Below, one piece after another: positions 1 to 10,601 of a stretch of 64,000 nucleotides of DNA. Each line of letters begins with the position of its first letter. Positions within the stretch are counted from its first letter, which is position 1. The notes under the pieces are model-generated. The model ran no database searches. It worked only from the letters and a program-made list of their open reading frames with translations, and had not been told where the DNA came from. The translations under genes were made by a program, and so were the position numbers. Location: the NCBI GenBank assembly GCA_003142295.1, contig PLLV01000101.1, positions 9,781 to 73,780 on the forward strand. Reading direction: 5' to 3'. The DNA is from Syntrophaceae bacterium. Lineage in GTDB: Bacteria > Desulfobacterota > Syntrophia > Syntrophales > UBA2185.

Positions 1-1053
1 AGTTTCGACACGCGATTTCTGGAGCAAGGAGACCAATTCGGTGTCAAGACGATCCAGCCTGAAAGAGCCGAGAGCCACTTCTCTGTTCTTGTCCATAATG
101 TATCGACACAGCGATGGCAGGTCAGGATGATCGGAAACCGCCGTGCCGAGGAGACCGATCTTTTTTTCCCCGTCCATTCCGCGGATAAACGACGGCTCGA
201 GAGTCTTCAGGCTCCTGAATCTCGCGGGCCTGTATATGAATCCTGCCGCGCAGAAGCGACATCCGCGCCGGCAGCCGCGGCTTACTTCAGTTAAAAATAG
301 TTTATTGAATTCGTGAGAGGGGGTGCTTATGCATTGATCGGTCGTGAAAGTGTTTATGTCTGAAATATGTCTTGTCTTTATCTTTGCAGGCAGTGAGGCA
401 TCTACAGGCCGAATATCTTCTATGAGATGGTCTGCCCTGTAATATACTCTGTAATATTTTGGAACATAGGCCCCCTTGACTTCTTTCTGTACGCGAAAGA
501 GGAGCTCGTTTCGGTTGAGACCGAGGCGGCAGGAACTTTCAATGACATGGAGAAACTCGGGCAGCAGCTCTTCCGCCTCTCCCAAGAGAAATAGGTCGAA
601 AAAATCCGCCAGCGGTTCCGGATTCAGGGTTACCGAGACGCCGCCGCCAATAATTAAAGGCTCAGTTTCTTTTCTTTCTCCGGCGGAGAGCGTAATTCCT
701 CCCATGCTCAGCATTTTCAAAATGGCGGGGTAATCATTTTCAAAGGGGATGGAGAAGGCGATGATGTCGAATTCCGTCAGGGGCTTCTGTGACTCCAGGC
801 TGAAGAGGGGGATTGATCCGGAAACGAACGCCGTTTCGTCCTCAGGGTCAGGAAGAAAGGCCCTTTCACAGAGAAATGATGTTTGACTATTTATTAACGA
901 ATAGACGGTTTGGAATCCAAGGTTGGGCATTCCCGTCCGATAGTAATTCGGGTAGGCAAGGCAAACTTTGAGGAGTTCTCCCCAGATCTTCTTCTGATAT
1001 CCCTCTTCATCGGCTAAGACATCATTATATTTTTTTTTGAGTTTCCAGGACAT
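1..1053 (-). CDS. B12-binding-domain/radical SAM protein, N-terminal 351 codons (3' end runs off the window start)
   Basis: It is absent from the ORF track because it has no stop in the window. My translation from the ATG at 1053..1051 reads MSWKLKKKYNDVLADEEGYQKKIWG... and the frame stays open to position 1. It contains SRGCRRGCRFCAAG (CxxxCxxC radical-SAM motif) at about 245..285. Confidence 0.8.
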   Translation of the reverse strand, partial: MSWKLKKKYNDVLADEEGYQKKIWGELLKVCLAYPNYYRTGMPNLGFQTVYSLINSQTSFLCERAFLPDPEDETAFVSGSIPLFSLESQKPLTEFDIIAFSIPFENDYPAILKMLSMGGITLSAGERKETEPLIIGGGVSVTLNPEPLADFFDLFLLGEAEELLPEFLHVIESSCRLGLNRNELLFRVQKEVKGAYVPKYYRVYYRADHLIEDIRPVDASLPAKIKTRHISDINTFTTDQCISTPSHEFNKLFLTEVSRGCRRGCRFCAAGFIYRPARFRSLKTLEPSFIRGMDGEKKIGLLGTAVSDHPDLPSLCRYIMDKNREVALGSFRLDRLDTELVSLLQKSRVET

Positions 1054-1070
1054 AAAATCCAAAATCCTAA

Positions 1071-1164
1071 TTTCTAAATCCTAAACAAATTTGAATATCG
1101 AAATTCTAAACGGGTTGGTCAGTCGGATTTTGATATTGTTTAGATTTTCGGATTTAGAATTTCG
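1071..1164. repeat. Cluster of TTCTAAA-type motifs, including a perfect 12-bp inverted repeat, in the ftsZ/radical-SAM intergenic region
   Basis: cgaaattctaaa (1099..1110) is the exact reverse complement of tttagaatttcg (1153..1164), with a 42-nt spacer. Related copies are tttctaaatcctaaac (1071..1086) and gtttagattttcgg (1138..1151, opposite orientation). Confidence 0.6.
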
Positions 1165-1239
1165 TATTTGCTCCTCACCTGGTGGCAGAGCGAACTAAAT
1201 TCTTTAGGATTTTGCATTTACAGCTTGATTTTTTCTCCT

Positions 1240-2391
1240 CTAATCTGCCTGTCTTCTCAGAAATGTAGGTATCTCAAGATCGAGATGGTCTACATCATCC
1301 ACCATTCCCATCTTCACTACATTGATATTATCAATGGGCTTTTCATGCCTTATATAGGCGGGCATAGAGAGATCCTCTCTCTTATGGGTGCCCATACGTG
1401 AAACGTTTTTCATGACTTGATTGTTTTTTTGCGGCTCATTAAAACCGGTGGCTATGACGGTAATGCGTATTTCATCTCCCATGTCTTCATCGACGACGGT
1501 ACCGAAGATGATATGCGCGTCCTCATGGGCTTCCGACTGGATGAGAGAGGATGCCTCGTTTATTTCAAAAAGGGTCATATCAGGGCCGCCCGTGATATTC
1601 AGCAGGATACCGTGTGCACCCTGGATGGTATTGTCTTCGAGGAGCGGAGAAGATATCGCCCTCTGCGCGGCTTCCACGGCTCTGCAATCACCGCTTGCAA
1701 TTCCGGTTCCCATCAGCGCCATCCCCATCTCAGACATTATGCTCCTGACGTCGGCAAAGTCGAGGTTGATCAGACCGGGCACCATAATCAAGTCGGAAAT
1801 TCCCTTTACGGCATGATAAAGGATATCGTCTGCCTTCTTGAATGCCTCCAGAAGCGAAAGGGTTTTCCCCCCCAGACCGAGGAGTCTCTGATTGGGAACA
1901 ACAATGAGGGTATCCACGATCTTTCTCAGCTCCGCAATGCCTTCTTCCGCCTGCTGATTCCTTTTCTTTCCTTCAAAGAGAAATGGCTTTGTGACGACAG
2001 CAACAGTCAGAATCTCCAGTTCCTTGGCAATTTCCGCAACTATGGGTGCGCCTCCGGTGCCAGTACCACCGCCGAGGCCGGCGGTAATGAAAACCATGTC
2101 CGCCCCTTCGACGGACTTCCTCAATGGATCTTTCGTTTCAATAGCTGATCTTCTTCCCACGTCAGGATTTGAACCAGCTCCGAGTCCTTTAGTAACCTCA
2201 GCGCCGATCTGAATCTTGATAGGGGACCTGGATGCTCCCAGGGCCTGGGCATCCGTATTTGCCGCGATGAAATCGACACCTTTGAGGTTGTATGAAATCA
2301 TCGTATTTACGGCATTGCCTCCCGCTCCACCTATGCCGATTACCTTGATCTTCGCTGAGTTCATGTTATTTGGCTCCATCAATTGAAACAT
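1240..2391 (-). CDS. ftsZ: Cell division GTPase FtsZ
   Basis: The 383-aa product carries GIGGAGGNAVN and the tubulin signature GGGTGTGGAP. Its C-terminal peptide is LEIPTFLRRQAD. It is the last gene of the dcw cluster. Confidence 0.97.
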   Translation of the reverse strand: MFQLMEPNNMNSAKIKVIGIGGAGGNAVNTMISYNLKGVDFIAANTDAQALGASRSPIKIQIGAEVTKGLGAGSNPDVGRRSAIETKDPLRKSVEGADMVFITAGLGGGTGTGGAPIVAEIAKELEILTVAVVTKPFLFEGKKRNQQAEEGIAELRKIVDTLIVVPNQRLLGLGGKTLSLLEAFKKADDILYHAVKGISDLIMVPGLINLDFADVRSIMSEMGMALMGTGIASGDCRAVEAAQRAISSPLLEDNTIQGAHGILLNITGGPDMTLFEINEASSLIQSEAHEDAHIIFGTVVDEDMGDEIRITVIATGFNEPQKNNQVMKNVSRMGTHKREDLSMPAYIRHEKPIDNINVVKMGMVDDVDHLDLEIPTFLRRQAD

Positions 2392-2406
2392 AATCCTCCC
2401 TCCCCT

Positions 2407-3633
2407 CTAAAAAAATTCTAGAAACCATTTCTTCATATTACTCATTGTTTTGCTGAAAATGTTTGTTTCAAACCTTCTCAGGGCATCTTTCGATAAGGTT
2501 TTACTTCCATAAATAACGAGTCCCACGCCTGTTGCATACATGGGGGAGTTTACCACGTCTATCAGCCCTCCCACGCCAATCGGACAGCCGCGTCTGACGG
2601 GCATATTAAAGACGTGCTCGGCCAACTGCGTGATGCCTTCCATGATGGCCGTGCCCCCCGTTAAAACAACGCCGGCGGCAAGTATGTCTTCATACCCTGA
2701 TTTGATAATTTCCTTGTAAGCGAGATTCAGAATTTCTTCTGTTCTCGGTTCGATGATCCTGCCGAGAATCTGACGGGTAACTTCTCTTGGCTCTCGGCCA
2801 CCCACACTGGGAACCTCTATGACTTCATCTTTTGGGATGATGGGTGTGAAGGAACACCCGTACTTCAGTTTGATTTTTTCCGCTTCCGTGAGGGGCGTTC
2901 TCAACCCGGTTGCTATATCGCTGGTGATGTAATTGCCGCCAACGGGAAGTACAGCCGTGTGTTTTATACTGCCATCAGAAAAAACGGCGATGTCCGTAGT
3001 GCCTCCACCGATATCTAAGAGGACCACCCCCAAGTCTTTTTCATCAGGGCTGAGAACCGCTTCACTTGACGCCAGCTGTTCGAGGACAATGTCGTCTATT
3101 TCCAATCCAACGCGGTTAACCGATTTCACTATGTTCTGCACGGATGTGACGGAACCTGTCACTATGTGAACCTTGGCCTCGAGGCGGACGCCGGACATGC
3201 CGATGGGGTCCCTGATGCCGTTCTGGTCGTCAACTACAAAGTTTTGAGGCAGGGTGTGTAAAATTTCTCTATCCAGTGGAATGGCAATGGCCTTTGATGC
3301 CTCAATTGCCCTCTGTACGTCGTCCTCGTCAACTTCGCGACCTTTAACGGCCACAATGCCGATACTGTTCTGTCCTTTTATATGTCCGCCGGCAATGCCC
3401 ACATGAACAGAGCTTATTTCGCAGCCGGACATGTGCTCAGCCTCTTCAACGGCCTTTCTGATGGCATCCACGGTACTCTCAATATTAACGACTACGCCTT
3501 TCCTCATACCCTCCGAGGGATGAGAGCCTATGCCTATGATGTCTATGCCAGTATCGGTGACTTCAGCCACTATGGCGCAGGTCTTAGTGGTGCCCAAATC
3601 CAGGCCAACAATTACATGTTGCTTCTTGACCAT
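2407..3633 (-). CDS. ftsA: Cell division protein FtsA (actin-like ATPase)
   Basis: The product starts MVKKQHVIVGLDLGTTK and contains LLDIGGGTTDIAVF. The ORF in the track extends to 3654; I prefer Met8 as the start, judged by the typical FtsA N-terminus. Confidence 0.93.
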   Translation of the reverse strand: MVKKQHVIVGLDLGTTKTCAIVAEVTDTGIDIIGIGSHPSEGMRKGVVVNIESTVDAIRKAVEEAEHMSGCEISSVHVGIAGGHIKGQNSIGIVAVKGREVDEDDVQRAIEASKAIAIPLDREILHTLPQNFVVDDQNGIRDPIGMSGVRLEAKVHIVTGSVTSVQNIVKSVNRVGLEIDDIVLEQLASSEAVLSPDEKDLGVVLLDIGGGTTDIAVFSDGSIKHTAVLPVGGNYITSDIATGLRTPLTEAEKIKLKYGCSFTPIIPKDEVIEVPSVGGREPREVTRQILGRIIEPRTEEILNLAYKEIIKSGYEDILAAGVVLTGGTAIMEGITQLAEHVFNMPVRRGCPIGVGGLIDVVNSPMYATGVGLVIYGSKTLSKDALRRFETNIFSKTMSNMKKWFLEFF

Positions 3634-3728
3634 CCTTGATCCGCCTTTCCTCATCTTTACTGGACCGTAACTGCTAATAAGTTAATTATAAATTCCTCCT
3701 GTTGCCGGCGGCCGGCAACTGCTGTCTC

Positions 3729-4571
3729 TCACGTCCTCAATCCCTTCTTTGACCCTATCGGGATTGCGGGGCTTAATACATTTTTTTTCTGAACGGCGAT
3801 TTTAGCCGGATCGTTGAGATCGATGACCATAAATCCTAATTTCATGTTTCTCCTTTCCAGGTCAGCCATAACGGTGTTCAGTCGCTTTAATTTATTTTCA
3901 TAACTGTCAAAACCAAGCCTGATACATAAACCGCTGTCAGTGAAAAGAGAGAGTCCGAACACTTCGTGGCCATGAATTTCAGCAATATTTCCTATTGTGG
4001 GGAACTCCTTCGAAGCTGAAAGGTATCTCAAGAGTTCGAGGGATTTTGTGAAAAGCGCAGAATCGTTATTATCAGAATAACATCCGTTAAGCACCGGAAT
4101 ATCGACTTCGTCGTTTTTTTCAAGCTTCTTAAAAGCCACGCCATCAAGATCCAATAGATTAAAACCGTTATCACGTTTAACCAACGCGACTGCCGTTCTT
4201 TCCTGGAGATCAATAATCAAACGGTTGGGGAATTCTCTGCCAATGGACACTTCCTTGACCCATGGGTTTGATTCAATCCTGCGGGCGATTGTGCCAAGAT
4301 TAATCGCCAGGAGATTCTGAGACGGCTTGATGGCGGCATATGACAGAATTTCTTTTTCCGTGAGTTCCTTGCAGCCGCGAACAATAACCTCTTTGATCTG
4401 AAAGTAGGGAGAACTGACGGTAAAGTTATACCCGAAGATCATGATGGCACCGACTATCGAAATGACGCCCAACAACAAGGCCGTCCTGAACAATTCGTGC
4501 AAGATATGTTTTGAACGTCTTTGCAGTCTATATTTTTTAGCTTCCAGCCTTGATTTAACGGGATTTTTCAT
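3729..4571 (-). CDS. ftsQ: Cell division protein FtsQ (POTRA + FtsQ domain, bitopic)
   Basis: The 280-aa product has a single N-terminal TM segment (LLLGVISIVGAIMIFGY). It sits between murB and ftsA and overlaps murB by 4 nt. Confidence 0.85.
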   Translation of the reverse strand: MKNPVKSRLEAKKYRLQRRSKHILHELFRTALLLGVISIVGAIMIFGYNFTVSSPYFQIKEVIVRGCKELTEKEILSYAAIKPSQNLLAINLGTIARRIESNPWVKEVSIGREFPNRLIIDLQERTAVALVKRDNGFNLLDLDGVAFKKLEKNDEVDIPVLNGCYSDNNDSALFTKSLELLRYLSASKEFPTIGNIAEIHGHEVFGLSLFTDSGLCIRLGFDSYENKLKRLNTVMADLERRNMKLGFMVIDLNDPAKIAVQKKNVLSPAIPIGSKKGLRT

Positions 4572-5497
4572 CCATCTTCCCCGACGATCATGACCTCTGT
4601 CTGTAACATGATGCCGCGCTCTTTGTTGACCTTCGTCTTGATCATGTCAATCAGAGCGATGATGTCGCTTGCTTTTGCGTTTCCTGAATTGACAATGAAG
4701 TTACCATGCTTTTCTGAGATTTTTGCATTGCCTATCTGAATGCCCTTAAGGCCCAATTCGTCAATTATCCGGCCTGCAGGGATACCTCCATTCGGGTTTT
4801 TGAAAATGGAGCCCGCGTTGCGATATTCAAGAGGGTGCTTATTCTTTCGTTTCCCGAGAATCTCATTAATCCGGGCATGGATTTGTTCCTCAATCCCCCT
4901 TGCCAGGAGAAATGACGCGCCAACAATAATCGTGCCCTCCGAAATATCGAGATTCCTGTATGCAAATTTAAGGTCATCCTTCCTGGATTCCAATATCTCT
5001 CCGCTGATAATCATCAATTCAACCGTTTCAACGACATCCTTAATCTCGTTGCCATAGGCGCCGGCATTCATCTTGACTGCCCCTCCGACACTGCCGGGAA
5101 TACCGGCACAGAATTCCATGCCTGAAAGAGATCTCTTTTCAGACAGCAGAACTATTTCGGAGAGGGTGGCCCCTGCGCCCGCATGGAGCAGTACCTGCTC
5201 GGGGCCTCTCTCTACTAAGCTGATACTGTTCAGGCCCAGCATGGAAATTACAGTACCTTTATAACCGCCGTCCTTCACGATTAAATTCGTTCCGTTGCCG
5301 ATAGGAATAAACGGTATTTGGAACTGCCACAAAAAATGGATAATCCGGCTTAGCTCTTCACTTCGTTCCGGCCAAACTACCGCATCGGCAATCCCGCCGA
5401 CACCGATCGATGTATGGCGAGACATGGGCTCATCGAACAGGACTTTGCCGGAAACCATGTCCCTTAGCTTTTCCCGGAGCGTCGTGTCCTTCAGCAT
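4568..5497 (-). CDS. murB: UDP-N-acetylenolpyruvoylglucosamine reductase
   Basis: The 309-aa product has a MurB-like FAD-binding N-terminus (MSRHTSIGVGGIAD) and a C-terminal KASD...I motif region. Its dcw position fits. Confidence 0.9.
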   Translation of the reverse strand: MLKDTTLREKLRDMVSGKVLFDEPMSRHTSIGVGGIADAVVWPERSEELSRIIHFLWQFQIPFIPIGNGTNLIVKDGGYKGTVISMLGLNSISLVERGPEQVLLHAGAGATLSEIVLLSEKRSLSGMEFCAGIPGSVGGAVKMNAGAYGNEIKDVVETVELMIISGEILESRKDDLKFAYRNLDISEGTIIVGASFLLARGIEEQIHARINEILGKRKNKHPLEYRNAGSIFKNPNGGIPAGRIIDELGLKGIQIGNAKISEKHGNFIVNSGNAKASDIIALIDMIKTKVNKERGIMLQTEVMIVGEDG

Positions 5498-5516
5498 AAT
5501 GTCTTTTCCGGATACA

Positions 5517-6917
5517 TCATTTCTGCGAGGCCTTCTTTAAGAATTCCTCGCCGATCTTCCAAACATTGCCGGCTCCCTGCGTGATTATGACGTCTGAGGG
5601 TTCTGCAACAGAAAGAAGATGATCCACGATGTTGTCAAAGTCGCGCATATAGACCACGTCGGGGTGGCCCTGGCTGCGGAGGCCTTCACAGAGAGTCGCC
5701 GCATTCACGCCATCTATGGGGATCTCGCTTGCCGCGTAGATATCCGTCACGATGAGAGTATCTGCGTCCGGGAAGGCTGCCAGAAATTCATTGAAAAGGG
5801 CTTTTGTCCTCGTATAGCGATGGGGCTGGAATACTACGATGATTTTCTTTTTCCATACCTGCTTCGCCGCCCTCAAAGTCTCCCTGATTTCCGTCGGGTG
5901 ATGACCATAATCATCTACGATAGTGATCCCGTTCACCCTTCCCTTAACCTCGAGCCGGCGCTGGACGCCCGCAAAACCCGTCAGTCCTTCCTTGATGGCG
6001 CCATATTCCATATCTAATTCCCTGGCGACGGCAATCGCAGCCAAGGAATTGTAAATATTGAAAAGGCCGGGAACGTTCAGCGTCACTGTTCCGCAGGCGT
6101 CTTCTTTGTAATGGAGTGCGTAACTGGAAGAAGATCCAAAGAATGATATTGCGCTTGCCCTGTAGTCGGCAGGCGGTGCAAGCCCGTACGTCACGGTCTT
6201 TCTCTTTATTTTGGGCAGGATGTCTTTTGCATTATCATCGTCGAGGCAGAGGATCGTTGAGCCATAGAAGGGAACGATGTTGGCGAACTGCAAGAAAGCA
6301 TCCTTGATGTCTTCAATATCCCTATAGTGATCAAGGTGTTCGAGGTCGATGTTTGTTATCACAGCCAAGGATGGGGCAAGTTTCAGGAAAGAGCCGTCAC
6401 TTTCATCGGCCTCAGCGACAATAACCTCTCCATCCCCCAGCTTTGCATTGCTGCCGATGCTGGCCAGTTTGCCCCCGATCACCATCGTGGGATCAAGTCC
6501 CCCGGATGCGAGAACTGTTGCCACCATTGAGGTGGTTGTTGTTTTTCCGTGACTCCCCGATACGGCGATGGAAAACTTCATTTTAAGCAGTTCTGCCAGC
6601 ATTTCAGCCCGGGGTATGACAGGGATGTTTTTCCTGTGCGCCTCCATGACCTCCGGGTTATCGGGCTTAACTGCCGTTGAGGTAACTACCACGTCCGTAT
6701 CACCAAGCTGTGAGGCATTATGACCTGCATAAATTTTGGCGCCCAGCGATGCCAGTTTGTGCGTCAGATCGGACTGACTGAGGTCCGATCCGCTGACCGT
6801 GTAACCCAGGTTGAGGAGTACCTCTGCTATGCCACTCATGCCGATGCCACCTATGCCAACAAAGTGGATGCGTTTGACTTTTCTGCGCATGGTGTCTCTT
6901 CTGTTGCCGTTATTCAT
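5517..6917 (-). CDS. murC: UDP-N-acetylmuramate--L-alanine ligase
   Basis: Contains [18 protein letters not shown] and the Mur-ligase P-loop [11 protein letters not shown]. The start may instead be Met10 (6890). Confidence 0.95.
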   Translation of the reverse strand: MNNGNRRDTMRRKVKRIHFVGIGGIGMSGIAEVLLNLGYTVSGSDLSQSDLTHKLASLGAKIYAGHNASQLGDTDVVVTSTAVKPDNPEVMEAHRKNIPVIPRAEMLAELLKMKFSIAVSGSHGKTTTTSMVATVLASGGLDPTMVIGGKLASIGSNAKLGDGEVIVAEADESDGSFLKLAPSLAVITNIDLEHLDHYRDIEDIKDAFLQFANIVPFYGSTILCLDDDNAKDILPKIKRKTVTYGLAPPADYRASAISFFGSSSSYALHYKEDACGTVTLNVPGLFNIYNSLAAIAVARELDMEYGAIKEGLTGFAGVQRRLEVKGRVNGITIVDDYGHHPTEIRETLRAAKQVWKKKIIVVFQPHRYTRTKALFNEFLAAFPDADTLIVTDIYAASEIPIDGVNAATLCEGLRSQGHPDVVYMRDFDNIVDHLLSVAEPSDVIITQGAGNVWKIGEEFLKKASQK

Positions 6918-7028
6918 TACTCGCCCCGCTCAGCCTGCAATACCTCTTGTCAAAACATAGGTCCTTTTACTGTATATTGTATATCTTTTGTCTCTATATA
7001 CTATATCTTGTATTAAATCTACAAAAAT

Positions 7029-8117
7029 TTACAAATTTCTTAAAGTTACCAGCTCTATGCAAGTATCTACGATATCGGCTGCCGCCTTGACGTTACCGAG
7101 GCTCGCTGATCTGGCTTCCATCTCTCTTATCAATTCCGGATGGTGATAAAATTTTTCGATGGTTTCAGCCAGCGTTTTGCCGCTGATGTCCTTTTCACGT
7201 ATCGTCACGGCTGCCCCCGCCTTGATCAGCGCCTCAGCGTTCTTCGTCTGGTGATCATTTACGGCATGGGGAAAAGGTATCAATATAGCCGCTTTGCCGC
7301 TGGCCGTAATTTCGGCGATGGATGTGGCGCCGGCCCTGCAGACAAGCAGATCCGCAGATCTGAACGCATGGGCCATGTCCGTGATGAAAGGCAGGACGTC
7401 TGCATCCATCCCGCGTGACCGGTAATGCGCCGAGAGAGAATCAATATCCGTACTGCCTGTCTGGTGGATAATCTTCAACTTGTCCTTGATCTTCTCCAAA
7501 TAAGGGAGAGAATCGAGGACTGCCATATTTATGCTCCGGGCGCCCTGGCTTCCGCCAAAAATAAGAAGCGTAAACTTGCCCGCTCTTTTTTCTGCTTCCC
7601 GTATTCCTGTAAGAAAGGCCGCCCTGACAGGGTTTCCGGAAGCTATGGTCTTTTTTTCAGGGAACCATTTTTTTGTTTCAGGGAAGGTCAGGAATATCCT
7701 GTCAACGAATCTTCCGAGGATCCTGTTGGTGATGCCGGGCAGGACGTTCTGCTCTGCAATGGCTGTCTTGATGCCCATGAGGTGGGCCGTCATCACGGCC
7801 GGACCAGAGGCATAGCCTCCCACTCCGATGACGATGTCCGGGCAAAATGCGCGGATCAGCCTGTAAGACTCGACTAAACTTCGGGGAATCTTCAGGAGAG
7901 CGCCGAGAGCGTTTGCGAGTCCCCTTCCTTTAATCCCTTCCACATCAAGGGTGTGCAGATTAAATCCCATATTGCCAAGCACCCTCTTTTCCAGTCCCCT
8001 CTTCGTTCCTATAAAAAGGATACTGCTCGTTTGATCCCTTCTCAAAAATTCCTCTGCTATGGCAATTCCCGGGAAAAGGTGTCCTCCCGTTCCGCCGCCA
8101 GCTATGATAACTTTCAT
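7029..8117 (-). CDS. murG: Lipid II glycosyltransferase MurG
   Basis: The product starts MKVIIAGGGTGGHLFPGIAIA and contains the C-terminal GT28 motif RAGATSIAE. Confidence 0.95.
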   Translation of the reverse strand: MKVIIAGGGTGGHLFPGIAIAEEFLRRDQTSSILFIGTKRGLEKRVLGNMGFNLHTLDVEGIKGRGLANALGALLKIPRSLVESYRLIRAFCPDIVIGVGGYASGPAVMTAHLMGIKTAIAEQNVLPGITNRILGRFVDRIFLTFPETKKWFPEKKTIASGNPVRAAFLTGIREAEKRAGKFTLLIFGGSQGARSINMAVLDSLPYLEKIKDKLKIIHQTGSTDIDSLSAHYRSRGMDADVLPFITDMAHAFRSADLLVCRAGATSIAEITASGKAAILIPFPHAVNDHQTKNAEALIKAGAAVTIREKDISGKTLAETIEKFYHHPELIREMEARSASLGNVKAAADIVDTCIELVTLRNL

Positions 8118-8136
8118 ATCCCGTCCCTGTATCTGT

Positions 8137-9234
8137 TCATTTTTGATAGGAGGAGATGTTCAGCAGTATACCGACCGTTGTCAGGGACATGATCAGTGAT
8201 GTGCCGCCATAACTCACGAGTGGAAGTGCCAGTCCCTTGAGGGGGATCAAACCCATGACGCCGGCGATATTGATAAATGCTTCGAGGGCAATAACCATGG
8301 TCAAGCCTGCGGCAAGAAGCGTGCTGAAAAGGTCCGGCGCCCTGAAGGATATCAGGAGCCCCCTGATAATAAGGATAGCGAAGAGGAAAATGACGATGAG
8401 GACGCCGACAAAACCGCCTTCTTCGGCAATGATGGACAGGATAAAGTCTGTGTGCGGTTCGGGAAGATAAAAAAGTTTCTGCATCCCGTCTCCTATTCCT
8501 ACGCCGAAAGTGCCTCCTGAGCCGAAGGAAAGAAGAGATTGAATGATTTGAAATCCTGAACGCTGAGGATCTTTCCAGGGATCAAGGAAACTCATCAACC
8601 TTACCAGCCGGTAGCTTTTGTGAATAAGGAGCCAGATAGCGGCAGGCGCAAAAAGCGCCACTATGCCTGTAAGATGAAGAATCCTGCAGCCCGCAAGGTA
8701 GAACATCAACATCATTATCAGGGTTATGATGACCGCTGTACCAAAGTCCGGTTCCAGAAGAATCAGTCCCACCATGAGCAGTATGACGAGCAGAGGCAGC
8801 AGGACTGCGCGTTTAAAATCGGTTATCTGGCTGTATTTTTTCGTCAAGAAATGAGCGAGAAAGAGCACCATGGATACCTTGACTATTTCCGTGACCTGGA
8901 ACGAAAAGAAGCCCACCTTAAGCCACCTGGTGGCGCCCCCGGCACGGATTCCGATATGGGGTATAAAAAGCAGAAACAGGAGAATTGCGGATAGAAGAAC
9001 GCCGGGATAGGCGAATTTCTTCAGCCGGTCGTAAGGAATCTTCGTCATCAGCACCATGATACCTAATCCGAGGAGCACAAAGAATATCTGTTTCTTGAGA
9101 AAGTACTGCCCGTCGTTAAACTTCTTCATGGCAAGTATGGAGCTTGAGCTGTAGATCATTACGGTACCTATGGTCACCAGGATCAGCGTGACCAGCAGGA
9201 GGATAATGTCGATGGCCTTTTCCTGCGGAGGCAT
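8137..9234 (-). CDS. ftsW: SEDS-family peptidoglycan glycosyltransferase FtsW
   Basis: A polytopic SEDS protein (PEPHTDFILS, GGTSL near the C-terminus). The track ORF runs to 9375 and would overlap murD by 131 nt. The ATG at 9234 (MPPQEKAIDIILL...) lies 10 nt after the murD stop and gives 365 aa. Confidence 0.88.
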   Translation of the reverse strand: MPPQEKAIDIILLLVTLILVTIGTVMIYSSSSILAMKKFNDGQYFLKKQIFFVLLGLGIMVLMTKIPYDRLKKFAYPGVLLSAILLFLLFIPHIGIRAGGATRWLKVGFFSFQVTEIVKVSMVLFLAHFLTKKYSQITDFKRAVLLPLLVILLMVGLILLEPDFGTAVIITLIMMLMFYLAGCRILHLTGIVALFAPAAIWLLIHKSYRLVRLMSFLDPWKDPQRSGFQIIQSLLSFGSGGTFGVGIGDGMQKLFYLPEPHTDFILSIIAEEGGFVGVLIVIFLFAILIIRGLLISFRAPDLFSTLLAAGLTMVIALEAFINIAGVMGLIPLKGLALPLVSYGGTSLIMSLTTVGILLNISSYQK

Positions 9235-9244
9235 TTTGAATGAT

Positions 9245-10591
9245 TTAGAGACCCTTGACCACATCTTTAAAAAACCTTCCCCGTTCTTTATAATTGGAAA
9301 ACTCATCAAAGCTTGCGCAGCCGGGAGAAAGCAAGACGACATCCCCCGGTGAAGAATGCCGATAGGCCAACTCAATCGCCTCTTTGAGTGTTGTCGTTTT
9401 TGATGTTTTGACCGCGCCGCCGATCAGGTCATATATCTTGTTTCTTGCCTCGCCGAAAAGTACCAGTTCTTTGACCTTTGACTTAACCAGGGGAGACATG
9501 GTTCCGAAATCGCCCTCCTTGTCCCTTCCTCCCATGAGCAGGATGATGGGTCGGGAAAATGTTTCCAATGCACGTGCCACGGCTCCAACGTTGGTCCCTT
9601 TCGAATCGTCATAAAATGCCACACCATTTTTTTCTTCCGTGAACTCTATCCTGTGCGGTATCCCTTTGAAATCCCCAACGGCGCTGATAATATTCCCGGG
9701 CGAGCATCCGCAATACCTTGCGGCCATTATGGAGGCCATGACGTTTTCTATATTGTGAAGGCCGGGCATCTTGATCATGTCGAGAGGGTACTCTTCTCGA
9801 TCACCATAGGGAGTATAATGAACAAGTGTCTTGTAGTTAAGGAAGATGCCCTTTTTAACCTCGGTCTTGGTGCTGAAAAACTGGACTTTCGCGGCCATGT
9901 TTTTTTCCAGAAGAAAGGATCTCGGTTCATCGGCGTTCAGAATGGCAAGATCAGAGTCTTTCTGATTCTCAAATATCCTTTCTTTGGTCGCGCGGTATGC
10001 CTCAAAAGAGCCGTGATAATCGACGTGGTCGCAGGTCGTATTCAGAAGGATGGATATAAAGGGGTGGAAAGATTGAATCCACTGCAACTGGAAACTGCTC
10101 ACCTCGACAACCGCATAATCATCGTCCTGCTTTCCGTCAAGGTAGCCGATCAGGGGATTTCCGATGTTTCCTCCTACAAAGACCCTTTTCCCCTCTCTTG
10201 CCAGGATATGTCCTATCAGGGTGGTTGTGGTTGTCTTCCCGTTCGTGCCGGTAATTGCGATGAGCGGCGGCTTCAGGAATCTATAGGCGAGTTCGATCTC
10301 ACTTAGGATTGGTATTTTTCTGCTTCCTGCTTCGGCGAGGATAATATTGGAAGGGGGTACGCCGGGGGAGGGCACAATCATATCGACTCGAGACAAGATG
10401 TCCGTGTTATACTCGCAGAATTCCAGATTCGCAGACAAGCTGCCAAGCTCATGAACAGCATCTTTCAACTCCGATTGCGGCTTCTCATCGGTCGCTATGA
10501 CCTTGGCGCCTTGTCCCATAAGAAACCGGACTGAAGCGATTCCCGTCTTTCCCAGCCCTATTACTAATATCCTTTGCCCTTTAAGGTTCAT
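9245..10591 (-). CDS. murD: UDP-N-acetylmuramoylalanine--D-glutamate ligase
   Basis: Contains VIGLGKTGIA (Rossmann fold) and ITGTNGKTTTTTL (P-loop). Its dcw position fits. Confidence 0.95.
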   Translation of the reverse strand: MNLKGQRILVIGLGKTGIASVRFLMGQGAKVIATDEKPQSELKDAVHELGSLSANLEFCEYNTDILSRVDMIVPSPGVPPSNIILAEAGSRKIPILSEIELAYRFLKPPLIAITGTNGKTTTTTLIGHILAREGKRVFVGGNIGNPLIGYLDGKQDDDYAVVEVSSFQLQWIQSFHPFISILLNTTCDHVDYHGSFEAYRATKERIFENQKDSDLAILNADEPRSFLLEKNMAAKVQFFSTKTEVKKGIFLNYKTLVHYTPYGDREEYPLDMIKMPGLHNIENVMASIMAARYCGCSPGNIISAVGDFKGIPHRIEFTEEKNGVAFYDDSKGTNVGAVARALETFSRPIILLMGGRDKEGDFGTMSPLVKSKVKELVLFGEARNKIYDLIGGAVKTSKTTTLKEAIELAYRHSSPGDVVLLSPGCASFDEFSNYKERGRFFKDVVKGL

Positions 10592-10601
10592 AAGATTTGT
10601 C

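Noticed and set aside
1030-1038. A homopolymeric T9 (A9 on the coding strand) at codons 5-8 of the radical SAM gene, as a possible phase-variation tract.
   Set aside because: Nine A residues encoding Lys-Lys-Lys is common. There is no evidence of length variation from a single sequence.
1417-2212. Plus-strand ORFs of 243, 131 and 73 aa (1417..2148, 1421..1816, 1991..2212).
   Set aside because: They lie entirely antisense to the unambiguous ftsZ gene. They show no RBS or family features and have the low-complexity composition typical of shadow ORFs.
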